Shown here piece after piece: positions 13,636 through 26,700 of a DNA stretch of 64,000 nt (the first letter of the stretch is position 1; every line of letters begins with the position of its first letter). A program made the translations under genes and the position numbers. The DNA lies in the NCBI RefSeq assembly GCF_009834535.1, contig NC_045696.1:28646001-28710000 (forward strand), in the 5' to 3' direction. The notes beneath the pieces were generated by a model. It was given only the letters and a program-made list of their open reading frames with translations. It was not told the origin of the DNA and did not search any database. The DNA is from Camelus ferus. Its lineage: Eukaryota.

Positions 13636-14200
13636 TATTAGTTTTCTATTGCTATATAACCAATTACCACAACCTAGCAATTTAAACAACATGTGTTTAT
13701 TATCTCAGAGTGTCTGCGCATCAGAATTTTGAGCTTGTGTTTTCTGGTGTCTTACAAAGTCTTATAAAGCTGCAATCTAACTGTCAGCTAAGCTACATTC
13801 ATTTCTGGAAATTGGGATCTTCTTTAAAAATCATATAGTTATTATTTTGATCTCTGGTTGACTGAGGCCCCCATTCTTTTCTCACTGGAACTCTCAGTTC
13901 CTAGAGGTCACATGGAGTTCCTTGCCACATCTCCCCTCCATAGGCTCTTTCACACTTTGAATATCTTCTTCAGGAAGAGCTCAGATTCTTATGTTGACAC
14001 ACCTGGTGAGGTCATTCCTACCCAGAATAATCTTCCTTTTTCTTTACTCGAAGTCAACTCTTATATGATGAAACGTAGTTATGGGATAGAGACCCTATCA
14101 GATTCACAAGCTATGTCCTCATTTAAGGGAAGGGGATTATCTCAGGTGTATATACTAAGAAATGGAATCTTGAGCACCATTTAAAAATTCTGCCTCCATA
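13636..14200 (-). mobile_element. MaLR solo LTR (MLT1E/F-like)
   Basis: tattagttttctattgctatataaccaattaccacaa...tttattatctcagag at one end and aattctgcctccata at the other. Confidence 0.8.
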
Positions 14201-14911
14201 AATGAGTTAGCATTATATTTATTGGTTTGTTTTATTTTAATTATTTTCTCTCTTAAAAGCAAGCATGCAATAATAAGTATGGAATAGCTTCTTCCTATAA
14301 TCTCATTTTCATTATGATACGTGTTTTCTTAAACAAAATTGGAAGTAGTGTATGATAGGTCGTTACTGTTTATTTTTGTTTTCAAACTCAGAATATAAGC
14401 AGCATCCTGCACATAAAATAAACAAGATACTCTATATAAAGCAGTTAAACACTATACAGTACATATATTCCACCCTCAAATTGCCTCATCCTCAACCCTA
14501 TTGTCAACAGCAGTTAAGAGATTGGTGCTTGATAAGTCTTGACTAGGCAAAGAATCTACTAATTATAATCGTACTCTTTCAGGAATCTTGTAATGTTAGG
14601 TGTACTTTCTAATAGGTTCTTCTTCCTGATGTGATTCTAGAAAATTCCTCGCTGATTTAAAGTTCTCTAACAATAAGACATTTTACCATATGCATACACA
14701 AAGTCATTGATAAGTGAAGTACAAACCATATTATAAATTTGCTACACAAGAAAAAGCTAGTCAAAATATTGCACCAAATTTGTTATCATTAATTGATTCT
14801 GAAGAAAACAGTTTTGTCAGTTCTCATAGACATCATATTGCTCTAGTTCAAGCAGCTCTGGCTGTCATTTATATGTGTTTTAAGAATAAAACAAAAAATT
14901 ATGGTTTAGAG

Positions 14912-15132
14912 CAGAGGTCAGCAAAATCTTTCTGAAAAGGACCAGGTAGTAAATATTTTTGTCTTTGTGGCTGCATATGGCCTTTTTTGCATAGTCTTCT
15001 ATTTTTGTTTTTGTTTTTTTTTTTCATTTTAACAAATATTTAAAAATATAAAAATCATTGTTGGCTCTCAGTCTGTACAAAAATAGGTTCTAATCCACAT
15101 TTGACTTTCTGGCAGTAGTTTTCTGACCCCTG
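14912..15132. mobile_element. MER58-family hAT-Charlie MITE
   Basis: TIRs cagaggtcagcaaa / tttctgacccctg, perfect 8-bp TSD gtttagag (14904-14911 and 15133-15140), 221 bp. Confidence 0.92.
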
Positions 15133-15490
15133 GTTTAGAGGAATAAGATTACAAAACAAACATCTCATCTTTGCTTCCTACCCCCAACAGTCTATGAGAA
15201 CTTGGGTGTAGATATTTTCATTGCTAAAAAGAAATGCAACAATGGTTTCCAAACTTTCTCTTTTCTTTTTTTTTTCATATATGTATGTATGTTTGTATGT
15301 ATGAATTTATTTATTTTTGTTTAGACTCTGGTTTTGCTTTGGAGTTAGTATAATTTATGTAGGACCTGAAAATCCATGCCTCTCCCATTCAAAATAACTA
15401 ATTTTGGATCAGTAAGAATAACATATTAAGAATAGTCCAATTATTTACTATATGTATTTTATATACATGAACAATTTTAAAGATTACTAT

Positions 15491-16001
15491 TATAGACAGA
15501 ATTATAAGCTGCCCCCATGACCTTCTTCCCTTACTAATATGCCTGGGATTGTGCCACATTAATGCACATGGAGATTTTCCAGGGGGGCTGAATCTAAGCA
15601 TGAGTTCTCTACAAACAACAATTTTTCTATCTTTTGTGGCAGAAAAGAAATTTAGAGAGATTTAATACAAGAGAGATAGTCTGTTCCTGGCTCTGAACAT
15701 GGAAAGGACATGAGAACAGCCACTAAGAACTGAGAGTGACCCTTGGCTGGAGATCAGCAAGAAAGCAGAGACTGTGGGAAACACTTAAAAGAAAATGGAC
15801 TTTTGCCACAATCTGAATGACCTTAGAAGCCATTTTTCTACACAGCCTTTAAGTAAGAGCCCACTATGCTGACACCTTGATTTCAGCCTTGTGAGACTTA
15901 AGCAGAACCCAGCAAAGCCCTCTCAGACTCCTGACTTAGTGAATTGTGAGCTAAGAACTAGGTGCTGCTTTAGGTTGCAAAGTTGTGATCATTTCTATGC
16001 A
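15491..16001 (+). mobile_element. MaLR solo LTR (MLT1E-like)
   Basis: gacagaattataagctgcccccatgacc..., gctgacaccttgatttcagccttgtgagacttaagcagaacccagc. Confidence 0.8.
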
Positions 16002-16147
16002 CGTCTTAAGACAAAGTGAAAATGGAAACGGGATTTATAGATTTTTGTAAAGTGTGACTGAATATTTTAGAACACAATGTGAAGTTTAACCCCAAAATTC
16101 TTTGTTACTGATAAGAGGGTATTATTGTTTAAAAAATGTTTTCTCCT

Positions 16148-16306
16148 GTGTCTTCTTCTTCTTCTTTTTTTTTTTTTTTTAGATTTCACATACGAGTGAT
16201 ATCATATGGTATTTTTCCTTTTTCTTTCTGGCTTACTTCACTTAGAATGACAACCTCCTAAACTGATTATACTTCAATTTTTTTTTTAATTAAAAAAATT
16301 TTAAAA
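16148..16306 (+). mobile_element. Short young L1 insertion with inverted 5' piece
   Basis: 16148-16258 is antisense L1 3' region (agatttcacatacgagtgatatcatatggtattt...cttacttcacttagaatgac); 16259 onward is the sense terminus taaactgattatacttcaat plus an A/T tail. Confidence 0.75.
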
Positions 16307-16844
16307 AGAGAATTTTTCCTGAAGAAGCAGTGAAGTACCCCATTTTTTAGTATATTTTCTTGAAATAGATTTCTAAAATAGCGCTCCAGTAAATGTCCTT
16401 GATTTTTATCATGTGTGAAAGTTATGCTTTGAATTTTAAAATATTTATTTTTAGAAATTATTCTTAGTTTAGAGTCACATCATATAACTAGTCTTTTCTA
16501 TTGTTAATGGAAGTTGAGAGAAAATATGGGGAAATTACATAATTTGGTAAGCTTGTTATTCTCTATTGCTTTTGTACTGAAATATCTAAATCTTAAGTAT
16601 ATACTACATTTTTAGTGTTCAGACAAGAGGAAAATAAGAAGGAGCATTTCAATTGATAGCACAAAGGATTTTTCATTTTCTTGGTAATAGGGAATTGTGT
16701 AATTTCCTCCTCTCCAAATGGTCTACCAGGTTATTTTAATCTCAACTCACCCACTCATAATCACTGTTTTATTGTTATTTATTAAGCTAGATTGAGTATA
16801 GCTGTTTGTCCTGAGTGGGTTCTGGCTTACATCTATTCTTAACC

Positions 16845-16980
16845 CAATTTTTATGAATGAAGATACTGAGAATTGGAGACAATGTAAGTAACTCACTCAA
16901 AGTTGATCACTTATATGTATGCTCTGACACATACATTACTATTGCATTCCAAAGCTTGACTTTGATCTACCACACTGGTT
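16845..16980 (-). mobile_element. MIR SINE fragment
   Basis: tttatgaatgaagatactgagaattggagacaatgtaagtaactcactcaaagt. Confidence 0.6.
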
Positions 16981-19838
16981 CTTTAATGTTAGCTGGTAAT
17001 TTCATTTATTTATTGAAGTCAATACCACTTACAAGTTAATCTTTATTCCTAGGCTAGGTGATCAATTTGGACTTGACTCACGGAAATAAAGTATCTTTAG
17101 GACTGTAATTTACTGAACCAACATTAAATTAGCCTCGGTGCAGGTTCTGTCCTGACTGTTGTAATCAAGTTCCAGTAACTGGAAACTTGCATCAAATCCC
17201 TGGGTTCCTATTCCTCCCACTTTTATACCAAGTCTCTCAAAAATGGCTGATTGCTGGACCTGAGCTCCAATCTAAGTCACTCTCTCTTTTCCTATACTTC
17301 TTTCTCTGCTGTAAGAGGTACTGGAGATACAAGACTAGAAAGACACAGTTTTAGTTTTTAATTCTCAATTAATTGTTATGGGGGTACCACCAACTATCTG
17401 TTTCTTTAACGGTTGCATATCCATTCCGTACTTAATACATTCACATGTCTTCTATTAATTGCTATTGAAAGTAAAGACACACATTGCTGTAAGACTATCT
17501 TAAGAATTGTCAATTTCCTGGCCTTCTCTAACTTCAGTTTAGGAAATATTAACTCCCCTAAACTCCATCTCCCGGCCTTGCCTTATTTGTCTTGCTTTTG
17601 CTAACTGAGTACCACTTATTTAATATTCCTTACAACAATGTTTTTACTAGGCAACATAATCATGTACTACTGTAATATAAACTTGAATGAAACCACTCAC
17701 TGCCCCAGCCACAAGCTATCTCTAATTATTAGCATGCACTCCATCATATATTCAATGATAGCAATAATGAGCATATTTAAATATGAGAATATAAAAATAT
17801 TGATATTTTAAAAAATGAATGCACATATTTTCTAAAATAAGTTCATGTGGTTCTTAAGTAATTAAATAAAAACAAGATTTTCTACTTCTTCATTATTTAT
17901 CCTCCATAGAAACACACAAACACTGTTATACTAACTGAAATTAATGACCAATAATTCCTTTTCTCTTAGGAAATTCCTTAGCATATTTTTAGCTCTCCCT
18001 GATGTTTTAGGGATTTTCAGTTGCATCAGTGGTGTTCTAGCAAAAGTATATACATATATCCATTTTTCAAGTCCAGACATTTTTAAAAAGGGTAATAAAA
18101 CTGTCAGATATCATATTTAAAGCAATTTTTGAGAAAGTCAAGTTTTATTTGCTGTTCCATCTGCTGAGATGGTTCTCTTCATTACTCAAGAAATCAGTTC
18201 TATAAATTTTTAATGGGACAATTTCTCAAACTTGGTATAACATCTGTGAAGAGATTATTCAAATAATGCTTTCAAGTATGTGAATTTATCACTGTGAGTT
18301 AATGTTTAATCATGGATTCCTATTTGTTGAAGAAAAAAGATCTGACATTTCACATTTGTACATTTTGGATTACATGATCAAGGCATTTAAAACAAAACCA
18401 TGTGTTCAAATGTTTCGGCAAACACTACTCCAGATAATGCATCTATCAAGTAATGTGATGGCAGACTTACTGAGAAAAGAAATTATATACAAATAAGTTT
18501 TACTTGATTATTTCTTCACTATTCTTCTAGCTTGTTTATTTGATGTTTTGCCTTTTTTATTTTGGAACATAGAATAAAACATTCTTGGGGTTTAACAAAC
18601 CTATTTGGGATGGAAGTATTCTAGCCCATTTTTTCAAATGGAAAATAATGTACTCTCAGTTCATTGAAAGCTATGTAGTCAGAAGATTTTGATTTAAAAA
18701 TATATATATAAAAGTCTGTCACTTGACTGACAATAACAGAAGCCAATAATATGGATTTTAATAATGAAGTTTTTAAAAGTGAATCTTTTTTTAAGTTAAA
18801 CTGTAACAATGCTTTAAGTTTAATTCAATTTTATTTCTTTACACAGGCATAACCACTGACATAAAAGTGAAAAACAGATTCATATTATTGAAGTAAAAAG
18901 CATGAACTTATAACTATATTGAAGATACATGAAAGGTCCAGATATTTTAAACAGTATATAAAGTTATTTTTCAACCTCATATCTACCACCAATATCAAGA
19001 AAGTGTAGAAAATGACACAGATAAATAAGCTACATAATATATATGTGAGCTTGTATTCTTAATATATCCTTTCTGTGAAACCTGAAAAATAGTTAAAATG
19101 ATGAAAGGTTTAAACTAAGTATTTTTTTTTGTTTTTCTTATACTTTATTATATAGAAACAGTAAGATACTCGATAAAGTTGAAATCTAATTTTCTTGGGA
19201 GCAAGAAAACACATACATTTTCCTTAACCTGTTTGCTTGTGTGTGTATGTGTGTGTCATAGAAATAAAATAAATCAATTCTAACCAAAAAAAATATAATA
19301 TAGTAGCCAGAATTTGTCTTATCTAAAACTCATGTCTTGGAGGGGGAAAAAAAAGGCAAGGAAGAAACAAAGGCTAGGGAAGAAAGGAAGAGAGATAAAC
19401 AGAGAAAAAGAACGGTAGAGACAGAGTGAGACAGAGAAATGGCTGAAAATTCTAGGTGTGGTTAATCTTAATGTGAAAATAATTTACTGAAAAATTTGAT
19501 TTAACCCAGCAATTTGGAACCTGGGAAAACTCCTAATCCTAGACGAAGATTGCCTTCATTAATTCAGGTGTTTGGTGATCACAGATTGTTAATCCATTAT
19601 CTGGTTAAAAATGTATGGCTGAAAAAAGGATTTGATGGTGAAATAGTAATAAAGTAGGAGCCATCATCCTGATTTTTATAAGGCTTACAGTCTGCTTGTA
19701 GAGAAAAATAATTCATTAAATCACACAATACCCAGACCATAAATTATCAAAGTATATAATTACATGCAATTTTCTGAAGTTCAGATCAAAGTGCTTAGGA
19801 ATTTAGACAACAGCAGGGTGGTCAAAGTCTGGGATGGA

Positions 19839-20305
19839 TGCTAAGCTCAATAAGGGCTCCCAAAGATATTCAGGTCCTCACCCTTGGTACCTGTGAATGT
19901 TACCTTATTTGGCAAAAGGGATTTTTCAGATGTGATTAAATTAAAAATCTTGGAATGGGTGTATTATTTTGGATTATCTGGAATGACTCTATGTGTAATC
20001 ACAAACATACTTTTAAGAGGGAGGTAGAGAGAGATTTGACTCAGAAGATAGAAGCCTGAGAGGAAAGCCAATATAATGGGGAGCCATGAACCAAGGAATG
20101 AGGACAGTCTCCAGAAACTTGAAGAACCAAGAAAACTGATTCTTTTCATAGCTTCCTGAAAGAGTACAGCCTGCCAACACCTTGATTTTTGACTCAGTGA
20201 AACTGATTTTGAACTTCTGACCTCAAGAACTATACAAAAATATGTGTTGTTTGAAGCTATCAAGGCTGTGGTAGTTTATCACGGTAGCCATGCAAAACTA
20301 AAACA
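19839..20305 (+). mobile_element. MaLR solo LTR (MLT1C/D-like)
   Basis: cccaaagatattcaggtcctcacccttggtacctgtgaatgttaccttatttggcaaaagggatttttcagatgtgattaaattaa...cagcctgccaacaccttgattt...aaactaaaaca. Confidence 0.88.
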
Positions 20306-20534
20306 CGGTGCATTTTGGAATACGCATTTCTGAATTCGTGGATTTGTTTAACTACTCTATGCTAATAATTCTAGCAGTGTTCCATTACTGTAGAGATAAA
20401 AAGTTGTCCACCAGCATGAAGCTAATTTTTTTTTGATGGAGAATATATACACTTTAAGTAAGTAACCCTATAAATAAATATGACAATTTCAGAAAGTATT
20501 ACGCAAAAAGGGCAAAATAATATGAGAGTAAGTT

Positions 20535-21535
20535 TTAAGAGAGTGAAAGACACTCCACACTGGAAGAAAACATTTTCAAATCACATATTCAACAAAGGAC
20601 TTGATGGAATATATGAGAACTTCTCTCAAAACAGTACAAAATAAGCAGCCTAATTTTTAAAATGTACAAAACACATAAACAGAATTTTTACCCAAAAAAG
20701 ATGTGGGATGGCGAGTGAGTGCAGGAAAGATATTCCGCATTATCAATGTTTAGAGAAATACAAATTACAATCACAGTGAGATACCGCTAGACTCATATCA
20801 GAAGAGGTAAAATAAAAGCATACTGACAATACCTAATACTGATACGAATGTATAGCAAGTTCAATTCTTACCTATTATTAGTGGGAATGCAAAATGATAC
20901 AGCCACTCTGAAAAAATTGGCAGTTTATTATAAATTTAAACATATGGTTACTATATGATCCAAGTATCCCACATTTGGATAGTTATGCTAGAAAAATAAA
21001 AACTTTTGTTAACACAAAAATGTGTATGCCAATGTTTATAGTAGTTCTATTTAAATTTGCAAATATCTGGAAATAACTCAAATATCCTTCAGAAGATAAA
21101 TAATATCCAAACAGTGGTATATCCATGCAATGGACTACTACTCATGAATAAAAAGAAGTGTATTGATACAAATAAGAATTTGGATGAATCACAAAGGCAT
21201 TATGCTGAGTGAAAGAAGCCAGTCTCAAAATGTTACATACTATTTGATTCCATTATATAAAATTCTTGAAGAGATCAAACTATAGTGATGGAGAACAGAT
21301 CAGTGGATGTCCATGGTCTGGAGGGGCAGAGAATGTGATTATAAAGGAATAGCATTAGGGAATATTCTGGGGATTTTGGAATAGTTTGCTATCTTGATGA
21401 CAGTTATGGTTACACATACCGAAGCATGTGTAAATAATAATAAAGTAATAAAGCCCATAGAATGTACACCAAAAAAAAAAGTCAATTTTACTGTAAGTCA
21501 ATTTATTTGTTCAAACAATAAAATAAAAAAAAAAT
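20535..21535 (+). mobile_element. Old L1M 3' fragment (ORF2 end plus 3' UTR and A tail)
   Basis: gtgggaatgcaaaatgatacagccactctg, tatgctgagtgaaagaagccagtctcaaaatgttacatactatttgattcca, terminal A-rich tail. Confidence 0.85.
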
Positions 21536-21929
21536 AGTACTGTGATTTTCAGCTTGTTCATTCAGAAAATAGTAAAAGAATGGTGACAGGAGTAAGGCAG
21601 AAAAAATTAGATTAGTCAGCGTAAGGATTCTGAAGAGCTGAAGTCTGAGCAGGAATTTGGATGACAAGAGGGATCGACTCTCTGTGGATCTAGAACAGCT
21701 GGGCTTAGACCCGGGTGAGGGCACATGCAGCGGGAAGGCAGGGAGAAGTTGTGTGTCTAAGCGAGAGGGAAGGCTAATGTGTGCACCACACAGTGAGGAA
21801 AGGAAGGAAGGTGGCATCAGCAAGAGGTCAGAGAGAAATTAGTTAAGAAAGCATCACAGAACAGATGGCTCTTAAGAAGTGAGAACAACTCATAGTTGAA
21901 TAAAATACCTTCTCCAAAACAGAAAGCAA

Positions 21930-22400
21930 GGACCAAGCTGAAAAGGTTACACACAGTATGATTCCAAAAATGTGACAGTCTGGAAAAAATAAAACTATGG
22001 AGATGGTAAAAAGATTAGTAGTTGCCAGGGTTGAGGTGCAGAGGAGGGCTGAACAGGTGGCAGACAGAAGACCTCTAGGACAGTGCCATTCCCCACGATA
22101 CAGTAATGATGGCATGTGTCGTTGCGTATGTGTCTAAAATCACTGACTGAAAACAAGAGTGACTGCTAATGTAAACCATGGTCTTCTAGTGACTATGATT
22201 TGTCATTGTCAGTTCATCAATTGTAACAGCTATTATTACTCTGGTGAGGGATGTTGATAATGGGAAAGGTTATGCAGGGAGTGTATGGGACATCTCTGTA
22301 CAATTTTGGTTTGAACTTTATACTGTCCCCAAAATAAAGTCCTAAAATTAATTAATTAATTAAAATAAATAAATAAATAATCTAAAACAAAACAAGCAAA
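21930..22400 (+). mobile_element. L1MC1-like 3' end
   Basis: aaaactatggagatggtaaaaagattagtagttgccaggg...ctaatgtaaaccatgg...gtatgggacatctctgtac, then an (AAAT)n tail. Confidence 0.85.
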
Positions 22401-22954
22401 AGCTTTATTATTTTCCCTAAGTAAAATTTATTTATTCAGAGTTGCTTTAACTCTTCCACCAAGTCCAGTGATTTTGCAAGAAATTTACACCTCCTTGACA
22501 GTTTTTTCCACCCGTGCCTCCTTTCTTCTTTCCCTCCTTTCATTCCTTTGTATTTTTGTTATTTGTATATTTTTAATTATCTTTTTACTTCTTTCTTCTA
22601 TATAATCATAATCAAAATAAAAATACTTTAAAAACAATAGTGTATCTAAAACTTACTTGCAGTCTCATGACATAGAATAGTGTCTTCAGTGTGGCAGAGA
22701 CTTCGTGGATGTTGGTCAGGTTTCTGTTTGCTTGCTTCTAAACAGTTTCTAAAAATTTATGTATTGTAGAAATAAATGTCATATAAGTTTCCTTTAAGTT
22801 TCTAACATATTAGAAATGCAAATGTTTCTAATGTATTTTGTGTTTATCCCAGTAACGCTTTCTCTTCTCTACTTCAACAAGAGTAAGAAAGTTATCAAAA
22901 TAGTTTTTTGAAAAGTGATCCTATGGAAAAGTATTGAACAGTCATAGATATATA

Positions 22955-23190
22955 TTTAGATGAGGAAATAGAAGGTTAAGGGGATAATTGATACCTGTTT
23001 TCAAGTGTACTAAGCTTGATTATAAGACTCACGTTGACCATGTTCTCTAAATGTATAAAGGTCATGGCAAAGATCAAATCATCGTAAGTTCCTGCAATAC
23101 TGCTAATCAGACACAAAGAAGAAAAAAGTATTTAACCATGATGGTAATTAATTACTCAAGCAAGCTATCATGGGGATTGTAGAATTTTAA
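22955..23190 (+). mobile_element. Possible L3/CR1 LINE fragment
   Basis: gaaatagaaggttaaggggataattgatacctgttttcaagtgta resembles the CR1 ORF2 3' end; highly diverged. Confidence 0.4.
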
Positions 23191-26039
23191 TTCTAGAAAA
23201 TGAAAAAAAAATATATGTATATTTCTTGATTGTTTCTATTAAAGTAAAAGTGTAGTACAAATTAACCCTGTAGGATTACAGCCCCTCTATCAGAGAAAAA
23301 TAAAACTCAGTGTATTAATGTGTAAAGTTAAATACAAATGCGTGTCTTAAAGTCGTATCCATAGTCTAAGTATTGATCAATAGCAAATTGTCAAAAACAT
23401 CCAATATTGTGGTAGGTTATGTAGGGTATACAAGAGAAGCGTAAAACTATGTCCTCTATCAAAAAAGCAAGACAGAAACTATAGGATATGATTACTGACA
23501 TGAAAGACTCATTTCGTAAGAATTTATGTCATTAGATGTAAAATTATATTTTAGATCTTCAAAGATGAAGAGGTCAGCAGCAAGTGAACATCCATGGAAG
23601 GCTTCATTTACTTACTTATCAATTACCATTCAGGTTTTATCTGTTTTAATCTCTTCTGGGGTGGGAGTTACCAACATAGAACCCTAGCCTCTGTATAGAA
23701 GGTAAAACTGGGTCAGTGATGAACACTGCAGAATGAAAAAAATACGTGAAAACATAGAGTGGACATGAGCATGATGTGATGGATGTCCTGGTAAGTGCTA
23801 AGGGTCACAAGGAAATAACGGTGCCAGATCTTAGAGGGGTTTAAGAGCTGGACAATGCAGTAAGAAATGGAATAGGAAATGTTATCTTAGAAAAGCAAAA
23901 ATTGTGTTGTATCAATGTTGATTACATTATTAAAAGTAATGAATTACTCTAACATTTAGATGACTGAAATCCAGTTCACAGTGATCATGACTTTTATTTT
24001 AAACTGTGATATTTTCACAGCACTGACTGAAAATATTTCTATTTTTTTTGCAGGGGGAGAGACATGAAAAATATGGCACATAATTTTATGATAACCTAAA
24101 AAGATTTTGCATATGCAGAACAATAATTTAAAAGATTTGAGCAATTCTAGTTTCATTAACTGAATATTTCTATTAAAGATTGTTACCAGTAGTATAGAAC
24201 TGCTGTTACACACCAAGTTCTTATTTATGGACTTATTTTTCATCTTTAGGGAACTTTCATAAATGAAACATTATCACACAACAGCCATTCACAACATTTC
24301 AAAGATCTTTCTCTTTTTAGATACTCACTTTAGTTTCCTCCTGAAAACTCTTCTACACAACCTATACGGATATGCTTAAGGAAATCTGACATTTCCCTAT
24401 TTCATCTCCAATAACCACAACATTTACCTGTCTAGTTTAAAACTAAAAACATGCAAATAAAATCTATGGATAAACAAGAAAATTTTCCCCTGCCTAAAAA
24501 TCACAGCCAATTTGATTAGAAACCCAGTGCTTGACTTCATCCATTAAAATCTAATGTTTCCTTTAAAATACAGATAATTTCCAGGATTAGTCCTACTCCG
24601 AGGCATCATTAATTTTTATCTGAATTACCAGTTACGATCTCAGCAGGCGTTAATTAGCAACCAAAAACAAAAAGAGATCCCAAAACAAGTTCTGAGTTTG
24701 TGAGAAGGTTCTTCAAGGAGAAGGCAGTCTACAAAGAATGTTGTTGTTTATTGAAAGAGGGAGAATTATCACATATTGCACACCTCATAAATTTGATGAG
24801 GTATGTGATAGATTCTAACCTAAATATGTTGTTCTTCAGGTCTACATAGGAATTTTTTTCTTTATTCTCTTATCCAGGTGGTTCTTAATCAAATTATCAT
24901 CATTATTGTAAAATTCTTTTTCATAATGTTCTGGACAGTAATAGATTTTCCATTTCTGAGGCAGGGGCCAGAGTGTGGCAGACGAAGGAGCCAGTGGAAC
25001 ACATTAGCTGGTACCAGGATGAGCCAGCTGTCAGATAGGCTCAATTAGACAGTGGGCTCATTTGAAGAGCAGGAGGCACATAGCTATTGAAAGAAGGGGT
25101 AGAGAAATACTGAACTTTCAAGATCTGGTAATTGTAAAGTATTAGTAATCTTCAGATTCATAGGAGTATAGATGAGGCATTGGTTAGATGAGGCAAAATG
25201 AAGGCCTGAAGAAAGGAAGAACCAGTTTGCAATAAGGCAAACCAGGACGAAGTATCATTCCAAGCAGTGGTTTTCTCAGTAACCCGAGGTCCCAGGCACC
25301 TGTCCACAGCACTGTGTTGCTGACTGGGGAGAGGGAGGGCGAGCCAATTTCAAGACATGAAGTAAGCTCAGCAGAGAGAATGTCACACTAAGAGAAGGCA
25401 GACAAAATGCCTATTTTTCTTCTTTGTTTTTCTCATCAGCCTCCTGACCTTAGGCAAGCTATTTCTTGTTTACACAGACCTCAGTCGACATTCCACACGT
25501 CTGTGGCAGAAGTGTGTAGGGCACTGGGGATGCAAAAATGAATAAGGCATCAGCTTAACAATATGGCACTGGCCTGAAGGCAGCAGACTAGACTAGAGGA
25601 CATTATAAAGTCCCTTTACATCATTTCGTAAGGGATGCAATGAAAAATTTGTCGTAACTGTTTTCTGTATCTTTGGTTTGTTTTGCTTGTGCTGAAAAAT
25701 GATCTCAATAAATTGGGGAAAAAATGACTTGTTAACAGAAAATCTAAAGGAAGTGTACGTATATGCCCATTAGGATTTTTTCTCTATAGTTCTTAATTTG
25801 TTAAATAGTATATTTAACTTCATGACTAGGCAGCATATCCAGGTCATTTTCTAACAGGAACTATGGTACATTACAGGGACTGAGAACCACATCCTAATTT
25901 TGACTTTGAGGCTTACTTGATTTGATATTTTCATCAATGTGAGACATGCTTTATGTTAGGCAAAATTTACAGTGGGGATTTTTCCCCCTAGACTATATTA
26001 CAAAAAGTTTATTCTTTTTTGATTTATAAGCAAAATCCT

Positions 26040-26700
26040 TGACAGTGGCCTCCCTCTGTCTCTTATATGCAATCATCATCAAAATCTATCATTTGTAGTT
26101 TCTAAGTGCATTTTTCAAATCCGTCTAATTCTCTTCAGGCTAAGAGACCATCATCCACAGCTTGGATTCCTTTCTTATGTCCCCACATCTTTTCGAAGCC
26201 CTCCTCATTCACTCCTCAAACAGCAAACAGGAAATCTGCTCACAACGTAAGTGTGATCATCTCGTGCCAGTGCCTAAAACCTTTCAGCAGCTTCTTTTCT
26301 CTATTTTTAAATGCATATAAATGTTCACACACACACACACACACTGGCCTGCCTGCCCTCTCTCTCCTGCCCATTCCCCTAGTGCTTTCTCCTTCTGTCA
26401 ATATGGTCTATGGTCTTCTATCCGTTCCTCCAAAGCACAATGTTTCACTTTACTCAGGGTCTTCTCTGAGGCTAATTTCTTCTGACATGTCTTCCTTTCC
26501 CTTTCGTCCTAAGCAAATTCCTCTTCATTCTGTGAGCTTTAGATTAAATACCACTTCCTCAGGAACATTCCCTATCACCTCAAACTGGATTAGTTTTCTC
26601 TCTGCTTAGTTTAATCATTCTCTATACATTTACTTCATATATCTATCAAAATGACAATTATGATACATTAATAAGTAAATTAATCATATAGTATTTATTT
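26040..26700 (+). mobile_element. L2 LINE fragment
   Basis: Pyrimidine-rich L2 3' region motifs (gtgatcatctcgtgccagtgcctaaaacctttcagcagcttc; tttagattaaataccacttcctcaggaac). Confidence 0.6.

Noticed and set aside
26106..26609. 167-aa Ser/Pro/Leu-rich ORF
   Set aside because: Lies in a pyrimidine-rich L2 remnant and crosses a (CA)n tract; stop-poor by composition.
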